A stretch of DNA of 64,000 nucleotides. Source: Minisyncoccota bacterium. GTDB lineage: Bacteria > Patescibacteriota > Minisyncoccia > Phycocordibacterales > SBAW01. Under the pieces are notes generated by a model. It was not told where the DNA came from. It saw only the letters and a list, made by a program, of their open reading frames with translations, and did no database searches. The position numbers were made by a program, and so were the translations under genes. The stretch spans positions 57,261-121,260 of the forward strand of contig DASZSF010000004.1 of NCBI GenBank assembly GCA_035548815.1, written 5' to 3'. Below, one piece after another: positions 40,177-49,176 of this stretch. Within the stretch, counting starts at the first letter, position 1; each line of letters starts with the position of its first letter.

Positions 40177-42061
40177 GGCCTGATTCGTCGACCCGCAACA
40201 TGTTGCGGAGCGTCTCTTCAGGCAGTCCAGGCTGGCGAGGTTTGTCCTCCCCGGCTATTTTGCCAAGCGCTTCTTTTAGCGTTGATTGTGATGGTGTATC
40301 TCTCTTCCTCTCTTTTTCCTGGCGTTCCTGTCTGTCTTCCTGTTTTGGTTCTGTCTCTTTTTCTACTGAGGTAGATTCTTTTTTGGATGTGGCCTGCATC
40401 AACGCCTCTTTCAAACTCATGGCGCCTTCGAGCTGGGGCTTCTGTGGGGTTTGTGTTGAAGATCGTGGAGTGTGGCTAGAGGGAGTTTGCACAGAAGCGC
40501 GCGATGCATGCGTTGACTGAACCTGCGCAGAGCCTCTCGATCCCGCTTCCGCGGGACGAGGCCGGCTCTGCTGCGGCCTTGGGCTACCCGCATGCTGTAG
40601 CGCAATCACAGGCTTCGGGGAGGCCGAAGCAGAACCCGGTTGCGAGGCCCCAGCCGAGTCAGAGGGTTGCTGCGCAGGCCTTAAGCTATTGCTTTGCGCA
40701 GGCTTTACCGGTATTGGTGTTGTTGAAGCTGACGAAACAGCAGGAACTGTCTTCTTTTGCACCATCGAATCAGGCTCGCTCCAATCTTTGAGAAATTGCT
40801 CTACATCTGTGCGTCGTTTACTAAACTGCTGCTGCGAACTTTTTATCACCTGCTCGACAAACCGCTCGGGCGGCAGGTCAAACGGCGAAAGCGTCGTTGC
40901 AGAAAAGGGCGGCGACCCGACGCCATCTATCATGAGCGTCAGGTACACCTGCGCGAAGCCGAGATTCACCAAGTCTGCTTGCGTAAATTGCGGCTGGAAT
41001 ATTGTTTCAAGCACTTCAGCATCGAACGGCCCGACGCGGAATGCAACAGTCGTACCCACGTTGCCAAACACTGCATTGCGGACCTCTTCTTCCATCTGCT
41101 CAATGTATTGGTGCGCGATGATGAGGTTCAATTTGTATTTGCGGGCTTCAGACAAAATGTCCGAAAAGCTTTCGTTTGCGAAGTTTTGGAATTCGTCAAC
41201 GTAAAAGTAAAATGACGGGAGTTCAGCAAGTGTCTTTGCATGTACGTCGGCGCGCGACATTGCCGCCAAATATATTTTGGTCACAAGCATCGAGCCCAAT
41301 AGGTTGGCATTTACTTCACCCACGCGGCCCTTGGAAAGGTTCATGATGATGATCTTTTTGTCGTCCATCATCTGGCGCAAGTCGAATGACGATTTCGGCT
41401 GACCCACAATATTGCGAATGAGAGGGTTTGATGTGAACTGGCCGATCTTGTTTTGAATTGCCGGTGTTGCTTCTTGTGTATAGCGGTCGGTATAATTTGC
41501 AAATTCTTCTGCCCAAAATGCTTTTACAATCGGGTCGCTGATATTGTCGACAACCTTTTTGCGAAAGTTTTTGTTGACCAGCATTCGGTTGACGTCCAAA
41601 AGCGTCGAGCCCGGATATTCCAAAAGTGCCAACAGCGTGTTGGAAAGAATGTATTCCATGCGGGCGCTCCACGAGTCAGGTCCCCAGATTTTTTTGAATG
41701 CAGAAATGAGGCCTGACACCACCAAGTGGCGCTTGTCGTAGCCCACGTCTTCCATCACATTGAACGCCACGGGGTTTTCCATGTCGAACGGCGCGAAGTA
41801 CAGCACATCTTTAATGCGATGCTCGGGCACGTATTCCAAAATGCGGTCGGCGGTCGAACCGTGCGGGTCGATGAATGCCACGCCTTCGCCATTGCGCACA
41901 TCTTGAATGGCCATATTTTCGAGCAGGGTAGATTTACCCATGCCTGTCTTACCGATGATGTACATGTGGCGCTCGCGGTCGCGACGTTTAATACCAAACG
42001 GCACTGCTTTGCCGCGGGAATTAGTTTGCGCGAAATATGTTATCTTGTCGCGATCTTGCAT
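40163..42061 (-). CDS. VirD4/TraG/HerA-like P-loop ATPase with a low-complexity C-tail
   Basis: HMYIIGKTGMGKSTLL, IDPHG, YVDEFQNF, EARKY, AHQY; Ser/Pro/Gln-rich tail. Confidence 0.88.
   Translation of the reverse strand: MQDRDKITYFAQTNSRGKAVPFGIKRRDRERHMYIIGKTGMGKSTLLENMAIQDVRNGEGVAFIDPHGSTADRILEYVPEHRIKDVLYFAPFDMENPVAFNVMEDVGYDKRHLVVSGLISAFKKIWGPDSWSARMEYILSNTLLALLEYPGSTLLDVNRMLVNKNFRKKVVDNISDPIVKAFWAEEFANYTDRYTQEATPAIQNKIGQFTSNPLIRNIVGQPKSSFDLRQMMDDKKIIIMNLSKGRVGEVNANLLGSMLVTKIYLAAMSRADVHAKTLAELPSFYFYVDEFQNFANESFSDILSEARKYKLNLIIAHQYIEQMEEEVRNAVFGNVGTTVAFRVGPFDAEVLETIFQPQFTQADLVNLGFAQVYLTLMIDGVGSPPFSATTLSPFDLPPERFVEQVIKSSQQQFSKRRTDVEQFLKDWSEPDSMVQKKTVPAVSSASTTPIPVKPAQSNSLRPAQQPSDSAGASQPGSASASPKPVIALQHAGSPRPQQSRPRPAEAGSRGSAQVQSTHASRASVQTPSSHTPRSSTQTPQKPQLEGAMSLKEALMQATSKKESTSVEKETEPKQEDRQERQEKERKRDTPSQSTLKEALGKIAGEDKPRQPGLPEETLRNMLRVDESGHANR
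40521..40577 (+). repeat. 57-nt palindromic element, copy C (inverted, in-frame in the ATPase tail)
   Basis: ACCTGCGCAGAGCCTCTCGA-TCCCGC-TTCC-GCGGGA-CGAGGCCGGCTCTGCTGCGGC. Confidence 0.85.
40623..40679 (-). repeat. 57-nt palindromic element, divergent copy D (plus a half-site at 40691-40703)
   Basis: GCCTGCGCAGCAACC...GGTTCTGCTTCGGC; same termini and length, different core. Confidence 0.7.
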
Positions 42062-42111
42062 CCTTGGTCTTAGTATACCAGGACCACATGAAGAGCAGAT
42101 AAGAAAAAGCT

Positions 42112-42363
42112 CTACTCTGCGTGAAATTCAGGCTCGCTCATTCTCACATCATCCATAGGACGCGTGTTTTCTTGGAATGGGTGATGCTCCGTAGAAGATT
42201 TTCGAGGTGTACGCAGCATTTCTCCGCGCTGCAAAAATCCCACAACAGCAACTGCGGCACCAATAAGCACGAGCAGTCCAGTGCGCCACGGACTCGGGAA
42301 ACCAGTATACGGGATAATCATGGTGAGAATGCCGAGCACTATCAGAGTCATTTCGCGTGACAT
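42112..42363 (-). CDS. Small 2-TM membrane protein
   Basis: Two hydrophobic helices around PYTGFPSPW; tightly spaced after rsmI. Confidence 0.75.
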   Translation of the reverse strand: MSREMTLIVLGILTMIIPYTGFPSPWRTGLLVLIGAAVAVVGFLQRGEMLRTPRKSSTEHHPFQENTRPMDDVRMSEPEFHAE

Positions 42364-42367
42364 ACGG

Positions 42368-43033
42368 CTATTCTACCACGACGACGAACTCGCCGCGCTG
42401 CTTATTTTTGTCACTCTGGAGTACTGCCAAAACCTCTGACGGCGTCCCGACAATATGCTCTTCGAACATCTTCGTGAGTTCTCTAAACAGACCAATGCGG
42501 CGCACTGGTCCGAGCGAGCGTTGAAGCGAGTCGAGGGCTTTGATAATACGGTGCGGTGATTCGTAAAATACGCTCGCACGATCATTCTTTGCAATCTCTT
42601 TAAAAAGAGATTCTCTTCCCTTCTTTGTTGGCAAGAATCCGTAGAACGTAAAGGTTGGTGCGCGAAGCCCTGCGACAGAAAGCGCTGCTGCTAGTGCTGA
42701 TGCGCCGGGTATTACTTCTATAGCATGTCCTGCATCGCGTGCATGAGAAACAATTTCCAAACCCGGGTCAGATACTCCAGGAGTGCCGGCATCAGATACA
42801 AGCGCTACATGCTTGCCAGACTCAAGCAGAGACATCACGCGCGCATGGGTTGCAGTGGGCGTATGAATATCAAAATGCGCTAAAAGTTTTTTGGTGACGC
42901 GCGTATCTTCGCATGCAACGACGTCCGCTTCTTTAAGAATGCGAAGTGCACGCAAGGTAATATCCTCGAGATTGCCTATAGGGGTCGCGACGACCGAAAG
43001 CTTCCCGCCCTGAGTCCTATCGAAGGGTGCCAT
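42368..43033 (-). CDS. rsmI: 16S rRNA (C1402-2'-O)-methyltransferase
   Basis: VATPIGNLEDITLRA, CEDTR, VSDAGTPGVSDPG, YESPHR, RELTKMFEE, RGEFVVV. Confidence 0.96.
   Translation of the reverse strand: MAPFDRTQGGKLSVVATPIGNLEDITLRALRILKEADVVACEDTRVTKKLLAHFDIHTPTATHARVMSLLESGKHVALVSDAGTPGVSDPGLEIVSHARDAGHAIEVIPGASALAAALSVAGLRAPTFTFYGFLPTKKGRESLFKEIAKNDRASVFYESPHRIIKALDSLQRSLGPVRRIGLFRELTKMFEEHIVGTPSEVLAVLQSDKNKQRGEFVVVVE
43007..43028. repeat. Short REP-like imperfect palindrome inside the rsmI N-terminus
   Basis: GCCCTGAG-TCCTAT-CGAAGGGT encodes the atypical extension PFDRTQG before the conserved KLSVVATPIGN. Confidence 0.55.
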
Positions 43034-43195
43034 ATAAGAGGTATACCAGAGGCCCGGAAGTTATGCACGAGCCCCTATTGCGCAATTTTTTATATATGAA
43101 ATGCTCAGGGTGTAAGCTCTGTATTAGTTCGCGTTGTGTAAAAGCGTACCTCACCGCGGCCAGCATCCCGCTGGAAGCAAACGTGGAGCACAGCC

Positions 43196-43777
43196 ATGAA
43201 GAAGGCACTCTTGTGCGCCGCCCTGTTGGGTGGTGCCATCGCCGTCGTCAGCAGCGGTCCGGCCTATGCGCTGGATTCGACGAAGAAGATCGCGCCGCCG
43301 CTCAACTGGGGCTCGATGGGCTCCCAGTGCTACGGCATCAACCTGAGCCGCGTCGGCACCGAGATCGTCTTCCCGTCGGCCGGCGTCTCGCTGCTGGTCA
43401 ACAAGGACGTCGAGTCCATCCAGGCCGTCAACTTCGAGGGCGCCGGCGGTGCGATCGACAAGACGATGGGCATCCGCGTCGGCGACATCGGCACCTACAT
43501 CAGCAAGGCCCCGCGGGCCAAGCAGCCGACCAAGCAGGCCGCGAACTTCGAGGCGAAGGACGTGCTGCTGCAGTCGGCCGCGATCAACGAGCCGGTCACC
43601 AAGGATCACTACGTCGGCCCGATGATCACGGCGCGTTTCGACGGCCTGAAGACGCTGGACTCGATCATCGTCGACACGACCTACGACTACGGCCTGTCGC
43701 TGGCCGTCCATCATCGCCCGGCGCCGATCGGCACCGATCAGCGCGGGCGCGACGGCGAGTACATCGCCGCCACGTGA
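43196..43777 (+). CDS. Hypothetical secreted protein (very high GC3)
   Basis: Signal peptide MKKALLCAALLGGAIAVVSSGPAYA; almost all codons end in G/C; GGAG upstream; hairpins downstream. Confidence 0.78.
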   Translation: MKKALLCAALLGGAIAVVSSGPAYALDSTKKIAPPLNWGSMGSQCYGINLSRVGTEIVFPSAGVSLLVNKDVESIQAVNFEGAGGAIDKTMGIRVGDIGTYISKAPRAKQPTKQAANFEAKDVLLQSAAINEPVTKDHYVGPMITARFDGLKTLDSIIVDTTYDYGLSLAVHHRPAPIGTDQRGRDGEYIAAT

Positions 43778-43790
43778 CGCAACACGGAGC

Positions 43791-43850
43791 GGGGGGCCTC
43801 GGCCCCCCAATTCCTCCACCTCAAGAACCCCTTGAGGTGTTCTTGTTTTT
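43791..43850 (+). terminator. Double hairpin / intrinsic terminator
   Basis: ggggggcc/ggcccccc, then cacctcaag/cttgaggtg followed by a T-rich run. Confidence 0.7.
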
Positions 43851-43931
43851 AATGAAGCGCTCAATTGACTTTTTGATAAAAAATTAGCATTGTATTTGTG
43901 GATATAGAACACAAATCGGGACACCTCGCAC

Positions 43932-44810
43932 ATGGACTCACTCGTTCGACCCAACCCGCTCATGGTGCGTCATGAGCTCGGCAACAAAAGCGGCAATATC
44001 CGCTTCACTGCCAGCATCTTCGGTAGCAAAGACGAAAACTTGTCACTGGCGGGCCTCTACGGCCCCCAAGACGTTCTGAAACGCCGCGGTTTCTGCGACG
44101 CTCTCAAATACGAGCTCACGGGACTGGGTGCGCGCCGCGTTTTCGCCCCCACACCCGTGGACCCCGAGGGCAAGTTCAAGGCCATCCTCATCCCTCCCCA
44201 TGAGCTCACGACGAAGATTCCACTGGGCCATGGACTCAACCTGTGGCGCAACAGGGCGAAGCCCGCCGATGGGACTCTCCTCCAACAAGTAGGCGACACT
44301 GGTATCATCAGCGCTGGTGGCTGCCCGACCATAGTTGCAACATACCGCGACAAGTGCATCTTCGCCCACGCAGGGCGAGACTGCCTTATCGACCGGAAGT
44401 GGATCGACTCGCGCTTCACGCAGCGCGGCCGGCAACACGGAAGCGTCGTCGACTCAATCATCCAGACGCTCAAGACCTCGGAGCCCTTCGAAGCCGACGA
44501 CGTGGAGGTGTGGGTGTTCTGGGCCATCAAGCCCGAGAACTTCTACGACAATCTCGACGACCCGAAGTGGGGCAAGCGGAACCGGGAGACCTTCAACTAC
44601 GTTCAGGGCCGCTTCGGCAAGGCGGCCTACGAACAGGATGGCAGACTCATCGGATACGACCTGCCGGTCATGATTGGGGCGCTCTTCGCCCAGCATGGCG
44701 TGCTCAACATCTACGATGACCACGCCTACCTGCCGGACGAGTTTCCAACGACCCGCACCAAGGGTCAGGAACGCATGCGTTATCTGTCGGCCTTCGTCCG
44801 TCAGCTCTAA
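43932..44810 (+). CDS. Divergent YfiH/PgeF (laccase-domain) family protein
   Basis: ADG...SAGGCPTIV...FAHAGR parallels the YfiH ADA...TADCxP...AHAGWRG motif; also AIKPENF and YDL. Confidence 0.7.
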   Translation: MDSLVRPNPLMVRHELGNKSGNIRFTASIFGSKDENLSLAGLYGPQDVLKRRGFCDALKYELTGLGARRVFAPTPVDPEGKFKAILIPPHELTTKIPLGHGLNLWRNRAKPADGTLLQQVGDTGIISAGGCPTIVATYRDKCIFAHAGRDCLIDRKWIDSRFTQRGRQHGSVVDSIIQTLKTSEPFEADDVEVWVFWAIKPENFYDNLDDPKWGKRNRETFNYVQGRFGKAAYEQDGRLIGYDLPVMIGALFAQHGVLNIYDDHAYLPDEFPTTRTKGQERMRYLSAFVRQL

Positions 44811-44816
44811 CAGCGG

Positions 44817-44855
44817 CCGCTTCACCCCACCCAGGGCAGGAGCGGTTTTTCTTTT
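44817..44855 (+). terminator. Intrinsic terminator
   Basis: ccgct...agcgg stem followed by tttttctttt. Confidence 0.6.
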
Positions 44856-44881
44856 GCGGTGTGGATGCTAGCATGTCGTAT

Positions 44882-46291
44882 ATGAAAGCCCATTTTATAG
44901 GCATCTCCGGCAAAGGCATGAGTGCTGTCGCATTGCTCTTGCGCGAAAAAGGCTGGGAGGTCAGCGGCTCCGACGAAGGGTTTTATCCGCCCGTGAGCAC
45001 CTACTTGGAAGATGCCGGAATATTCTTTGCGCACGAGTATAAAAAAGAAAATATTCCTACCGATGCTGACGTCATCATCATTGGCAAAAACGCAAAGCTG
45101 GTTCCTGAAACGAACGAAGAAGTTCGTGCTGCCTACGAAAGCGGCGTGCGTGTTGCATCATTCCCCGACATGCTCGAAGAGCTCACGCAGAGCAAAGAAA
45201 CCATCGTCGTTGTAGGGAGCTACGGTAAATCGACAACAACCGCACTCCTTTCGTGGTGCCTCAAATCCACTGGCAAAGACCCGAACTATTTTATTGGCGA
45301 GATCACGCGTGGATTCGCACAACACGCAAGCTTAGGTTCAAGCGACGTGTTCGTACTTGAGGGCGACGAATACCCATCCTCCAACATAGACCCGACGCCG
45401 AAATTTTTGCATTACAACCCCAAAAACGTTTTGCTCACGTCTGCGACGCATGACCATGTGAATGTTTACCCCACTCATGCAGATTATCTGAAGCCGTTTG
45501 AACAACTCCTCTCATCACTCCCGGAAGATGGCTTGCTCGTCGCAAACGGTGACGAAGAACATGCGCGAAGACTTGCAGAGGCATATGGGAAGAACATCAT
45601 TTTCTACGGTATGAGCGACACAAACGAATGGTATCCGGCGAATATTACGTTCGGCGAAACCACAATGTTTGATCTAATGCGCAACAAAGAGAAAGTAGTG
45701 GCGTTTTCAACAAAGCTTTTGGGCTCACATAATATCGAAAATATCGTCGGTGCGGCGGCCATGCTGTTGAGCAAAGAACTTCTTACGCCAGAAGAATGTG
45801 CAGCGGGCGTTGCAAGTTTCCAGGGCGTCAAACGCCGCCTTGAATTGCTCACGCAAAATTCTACCGTGCCAGTGCTTGAAGGTTTTGGCTCAAGTTACGA
45901 AAAAGCGCGCAGTGCTATTGAAGCAACACGGCTCCATTTTGCTGGTCGCCGCCTTATTGTCGTGTTCGAACCGCACACGTTTAGTTGGCGGAATCGCGGC
46001 GCAATAGAATGGTACGACAGTGTCTTTACCGGCGCCGACCGTGTCTACATCTACGAACCGGCATCCCAAGGAAGCCACAGCCACGAACAACTTTCACAAA
46101 ACAATATAGTCGAGCGTGTAAGCGCTGCTGGTATCACAACTGTAGCTATCACGAGCCCGGCAGAAACTCTTACACTTCTGGAAAAAGAATTGAAAGAGGA
46201 CGATATCGTTTTGCTTCTCACATCAGGGAGTTTCGATGGCCTTATTGAAGGCATCCCTGCATTAGCCGAACAAAAGTTCCCCACTGCATGA
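44882..46291 (+). CDS. Mur ligase, MurC/Mpl-like
   Basis: HFIGISGKGMS, GSD, GSYGKSTTT, EGDEY, DH, GVKRRLE, VFEPH; closer in pattern to Mpl than to canonical MurC. Confidence 0.85.
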   Translation: MKAHFIGISGKGMSAVALLLREKGWEVSGSDEGFYPPVSTYLEDAGIFFAHEYKKENIPTDADVIIIGKNAKLVPETNEEVRAAYESGVRVASFPDMLEELTQSKETIVVVGSYGKSTTTALLSWCLKSTGKDPNYFIGEITRGFAQHASLGSSDVFVLEGDEYPSSNIDPTPKFLHYNPKNVLLTSATHDHVNVYPTHADYLKPFEQLLSSLPEDGLLVANGDEEHARRLAEAYGKNIIFYGMSDTNEWYPANITFGETTMFDLMRNKEKVVAFSTKLLGSHNIENIVGAAAMLLSKELLTPEECAAGVASFQGVKRRLELLTQNSTVPVLEGFGSSYEKARSAIEATRLHFAGRRLIVVFEPHTFSWRNRGAIEWYDSVFTGADRVYIYEPASQGSHSHEQLSQNNIVERVSAAGITTVAITSPAETLTLLEKELKEDDIVLLLTSGSFDGLIEGIPALAEQKFPTA

Positions 46292-46980
46292 AGACCATTC
46301 CCCTGCCTGCCAAAGATTTTGATATCTATATCGCACGGTCTGACACACAGTGGATTCTTCGCGAAGGCGAGCCGCTTGCCGAAGTGTACGAACAAGGCTA
46401 CTTGCCATATTCGGGCGCTCAGGATAGCAAAGATATTTTCTACTCTGGCCGCAGTGCCCGGGTTATACTGGCTGACTTTGAATTGAGCAGCGAGAACCGC
46501 CGCATCGCGAAAAAATTTGATGGCGCTTTCACCAGAGAAGTTATTCCATTTGCAGAATTCAAGCCCGACGATTATTTTTGGACTCTCTCGCTCACCTATT
46601 TTGCACAAAAACACGGAGCCAATGCGATGCCCCGCGCCCGCATCGAAGCGCTGTTTGACGCAGGCATCCTTACATCGGTCATTGTGTACAGCAATGCCGA
46701 AAAAATAGTCGCGTACGTACTTGAAGCAGAAGACGGCAACATGGGCCACTATTGGTATTCGTTCTACGACATCACTCTCGCTAAACAATCACTCGGAATG
46801 TGGCTTATGCTCGACTGCGTTCGCGCGGCCAAAGAACGTGGCCTTGCATACTACTACCTCGGCACGGTGTATGGAGAAAAAGCGCTCTACAAAACTAACT
46901 TCCAGCCGCTTGAATGGTGGGACGGGACTGGCTGGAATATTGACCAGAAGCTCTTACGCGAACGCGGACGCTCTGAATAG
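46288..46980 (+). CDS. ATE/Bpt-like aminoacyl-tRNA transferase (GNAT fold)
   Basis: YSFYD...SLGMW...AKERGLAYYYLG...YKTNFQPLE resembles the ATE C-terminal motif; ATGA overlap with the Mur ligase. Confidence 0.72.
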   Translation: MKTIPLPAKDFDIYIARSDTQWILREGEPLAEVYEQGYLPYSGAQDSKDIFYSGRSARVILADFELSSENRRIAKKFDGAFTREVIPFAEFKPDDYFWTLSLTYFAQKHGANAMPRARIEALFDAGILTSVIVYSNAEKIVAYVLEAEDGNMGHYWYSFYDITLAKQSLGMWLMLDCVRAAKERGLAYYYLGTVYGEKALYKTNFQPLEWWDGTGWNIDQKLLRERGRSE

Positions 46981-47011
46981 CGTCCGCGTTATTCGCACAT
47001 ATTTTTTCTAA

Positions 47012-47611
47012 CTAGTGGGTCGTTGTCGGCGGCAAGAGCACCTGATTTATCACATACACAATACCGTTGTTTGTGCGGTATGCGCGGACAATTGCCGAGC
47101 TGTTTACGCGTGCGCTGACATCGTTCACATTCTTGGTGAAGTTGAGCATGTCCTTCGACAAAGCCTGCACAGTTCCTGCCACTTGCGCGTTCACGTCAAT
47201 CATTTTGCCAGAGACAATGTGGTACTGAACGAGGCGCTTCAATTGCGCAACGCTCAAATTGTTGATGGTGCCTGCTGGAAGGAGGCCAAAGCTTGCGTCT
47301 GTTGGGACAAAGATCGTGTATGGACCTTTGCCGGTGAGCGAGGCCGAAACACCCGTACTTACAAGCAGGCTCGCAAAACGAGATTCACCCCCAAGAGATG
47401 CAACGACACTCCCGACGTTAGAAGTGCTGCGATCTTCAGCAGTCACAGTACCGGTAGAACCAAGTGCGTCTGTTGATGATGCCGACGGTGCACCATAGTC
47501 GACAGCCTGCATGCCCGACGGAGACCTTGACGAGTAATACCACCACGCACCAAACACGAGCACCAAGACTACGACAGCGCCCCACACCCACATTCGAGTG
47601 TTGTTGTCCAT
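47012..47611 (-). CDS. Membrane-anchored fasciclin (FAS1) domain protein
   Basis: GPYTIFVPTDASF, YHIVSG, NGIVYVINQVLLP; N-terminal TM. Confidence 0.92.
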   Translation of the reverse strand: MDNNTRMWVWGAVVVLVLVFGAWWYYSSRSPSGMQAVDYGAPSASSTDALGSTGTVTAEDRSTSNVGSVVASLGGESRFASLLVSTGVSASLTGKGPYTIFVPTDASFGLLPAGTINNLSVAQLKRLVQYHIVSGKMIDVNAQVAGTVQALSKDMLNFTKNVNDVSARVNSSAIVRAYRTNNGIVYVINQVLLPPTTTH

Positions 47612-47795
47612 ACAAATACTTTATTACTAACGTTTATAAACTATTGTTGAGGTTGACCTCAGCCGTAACCATAATACCCTGTGTGTGAATTCTTTATGAA
47701 GATTTATTCATCTTCTGACACTCTATATTGACTTTATATAAATTTGGTGTAGAAATAATTCGAACACGTTCGTTCAAACCACAGGGAGAAATGAT

Positions 47796-48797
47796 ATGTG
47801 CACCATCGCGCGCATCTTCGTCTATGCCATCTTCGGGCTGTTCATGCCCCTGCTTGCTGCTGAGGCTGTCGAAACGGACCCGCCCTTGACGGCGCGGAAC
47901 GCAGTGGAAGCGGCCAACATCATTATGGAGCACCACATGCCGGCCCTGCCCGAGCGGTGCCGTCCGGTGCTGGTCCGTGTCCTCGACAATGCCGCCTCGC
48001 GCAAGAACGTCCACCAGGAGTGGCTCGACGTCTACAACCAAGGCTGCATCGGCGGCCGTGCCGAACTTGCCGACATCAATGGCGTGCAGATCGCCAAGTC
48101 CGCACTTTACAAGGAGTGGTGGAGCACGCCGGCCTGGCAGTACGACAAAGTGCAAACGAAAGTCTGGGCCAAAATGATCGGCGAGGTACGCTACATCAAC
48201 CTGAAAAACTTCTACGAGAGCGATCTGCGCGTCACGCTTCGAGCGCTTGCCACCGAGAAACCTCTGCCAAGCGGCGGCTACATCGTCGACATGCGAGGCA
48301 GCGGCGGCGGATACATCTGGGCCGCGCACACCCTAGGCATGCTGTTCGCTAAGAACACCGCCGAACCGGTGATGTTCAGGACGACGCGACAGGGCACGGA
48401 CTCCATGGTAGTGGAAAAGCCCGGTGAGCTGTCGGACAAACCGCTCGTCGTGCTTGTCGACCAGGACTCTGCCTCTACGGCGGAGATGGCGGTCTGCATG
48501 CTGACCCAGAACAAGGCGGCGCGCGGGGTGCTCATGGGCAAGAAGACCCACGGCAAAGGTAACGGCGCATGGAACCTGCAGATCCCGGGGAAACTCAGGA
48601 TCACCTACACGAGGTACACGTTCTCCTGTCCCGGCAAGGATGGGAAAGAGGTCCTCGTGGACGGCAAGGGTATCGAACCCGACATCCGGTTGCCAGATGC
48701 CGACCTCAAGGTGACCTCCTTCACCGAGAACGACAAGGCCATCACGGCCGCGCTTCAACAGCTGGCTGTCATCAAACAGCTCGCCGCAACACGCTGA
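47796..48797 (+). CDS. Secreted S41-family peptidase without an obvious PDZ domain
   Basis: DMRGSGGG, VLVDQDSASTAE (Ser), THGKG (Lys), GKGIEPDI; signal peptide. Confidence 0.85.
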   Translation: MCTIARIFVYAIFGLFMPLLAAEAVETDPPLTARNAVEAANIIMEHHMPALPERCRPVLVRVLDNAASRKNVHQEWLDVYNQGCIGGRAELADINGVQIAKSALYKEWWSTPAWQYDKVQTKVWAKMIGEVRYINLKNFYESDLRVTLRALATEKPLPSGGYIVDMRGSGGGYIWAAHTLGMLFAKNTAEPVMFRTTRQGTDSMVVEKPGELSDKPLVVLVDQDSASTAEMAVCMLTQNKAARGVLMGKKTHGKGNGAWNLQIPGKLRITYTRYTFSCPGKDGKEVLVDGKGIEPDIRLPDADLKVTSFTENDKAITAALQQLAVIKQLAATR

Positions 48798-48820
48798 AGC
48801 TCCCGTTCAACGACTTCGTC

Positions 48821-48851
48821 AACGCGCCATCACACGGCGCGTTTTCTTTTT
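48821..48851 (+). terminator. Intrinsic terminator
   Basis: aacgcgcc/ggcgcgtt stem followed by a T-run. Confidence 0.75.
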
Positions 48852-48869
48852 GGGAAAAATTATATTGAG

Positions 48870-48952
48870 TGGGCATGGGGAGACTCGAACTCCCAATCCT
48901 TACGGAACACGCTTCTGAGACGTGCGCGTATACCAAATTCCGCCACATGCCC
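48870..48952 (-). tRNA. tRNA-Leu(CAG)
   Basis: GGGCATG acceptor stem, anticodon loop CT-CAG-AA, long variable arm, GTTCGAG T-loop; CCA not encoded. Confidence 0.95.
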
Positions 48953-49176
48953 GAACAGCAAACTAGACTATTGTTATACCTTATTCCTTAGCTCCCTCAA
49001 ACTTCTGAACTGTGCCGCAGCGGCGGCATTTTATTTCGATAGTGCCCAGCCGAATATTGCCCTTGGCTAAGAGTTTTCCACACGCGCACCGGTAGTCTTG
49101 TATAGTAAGCATGTCTGCACTCTAGTCCTATAGGGCTGAGGCGACGATGGGCTTTTAATAAGTAAAAAATAAAGCG

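Noticed and set aside
43027-43963. Long overlapping ORFs 43027..43887 (+) and 43151..43963 (-)
   Set aside because: Arg-rich by-products of the extreme GC3 of the real gene 43196..43777
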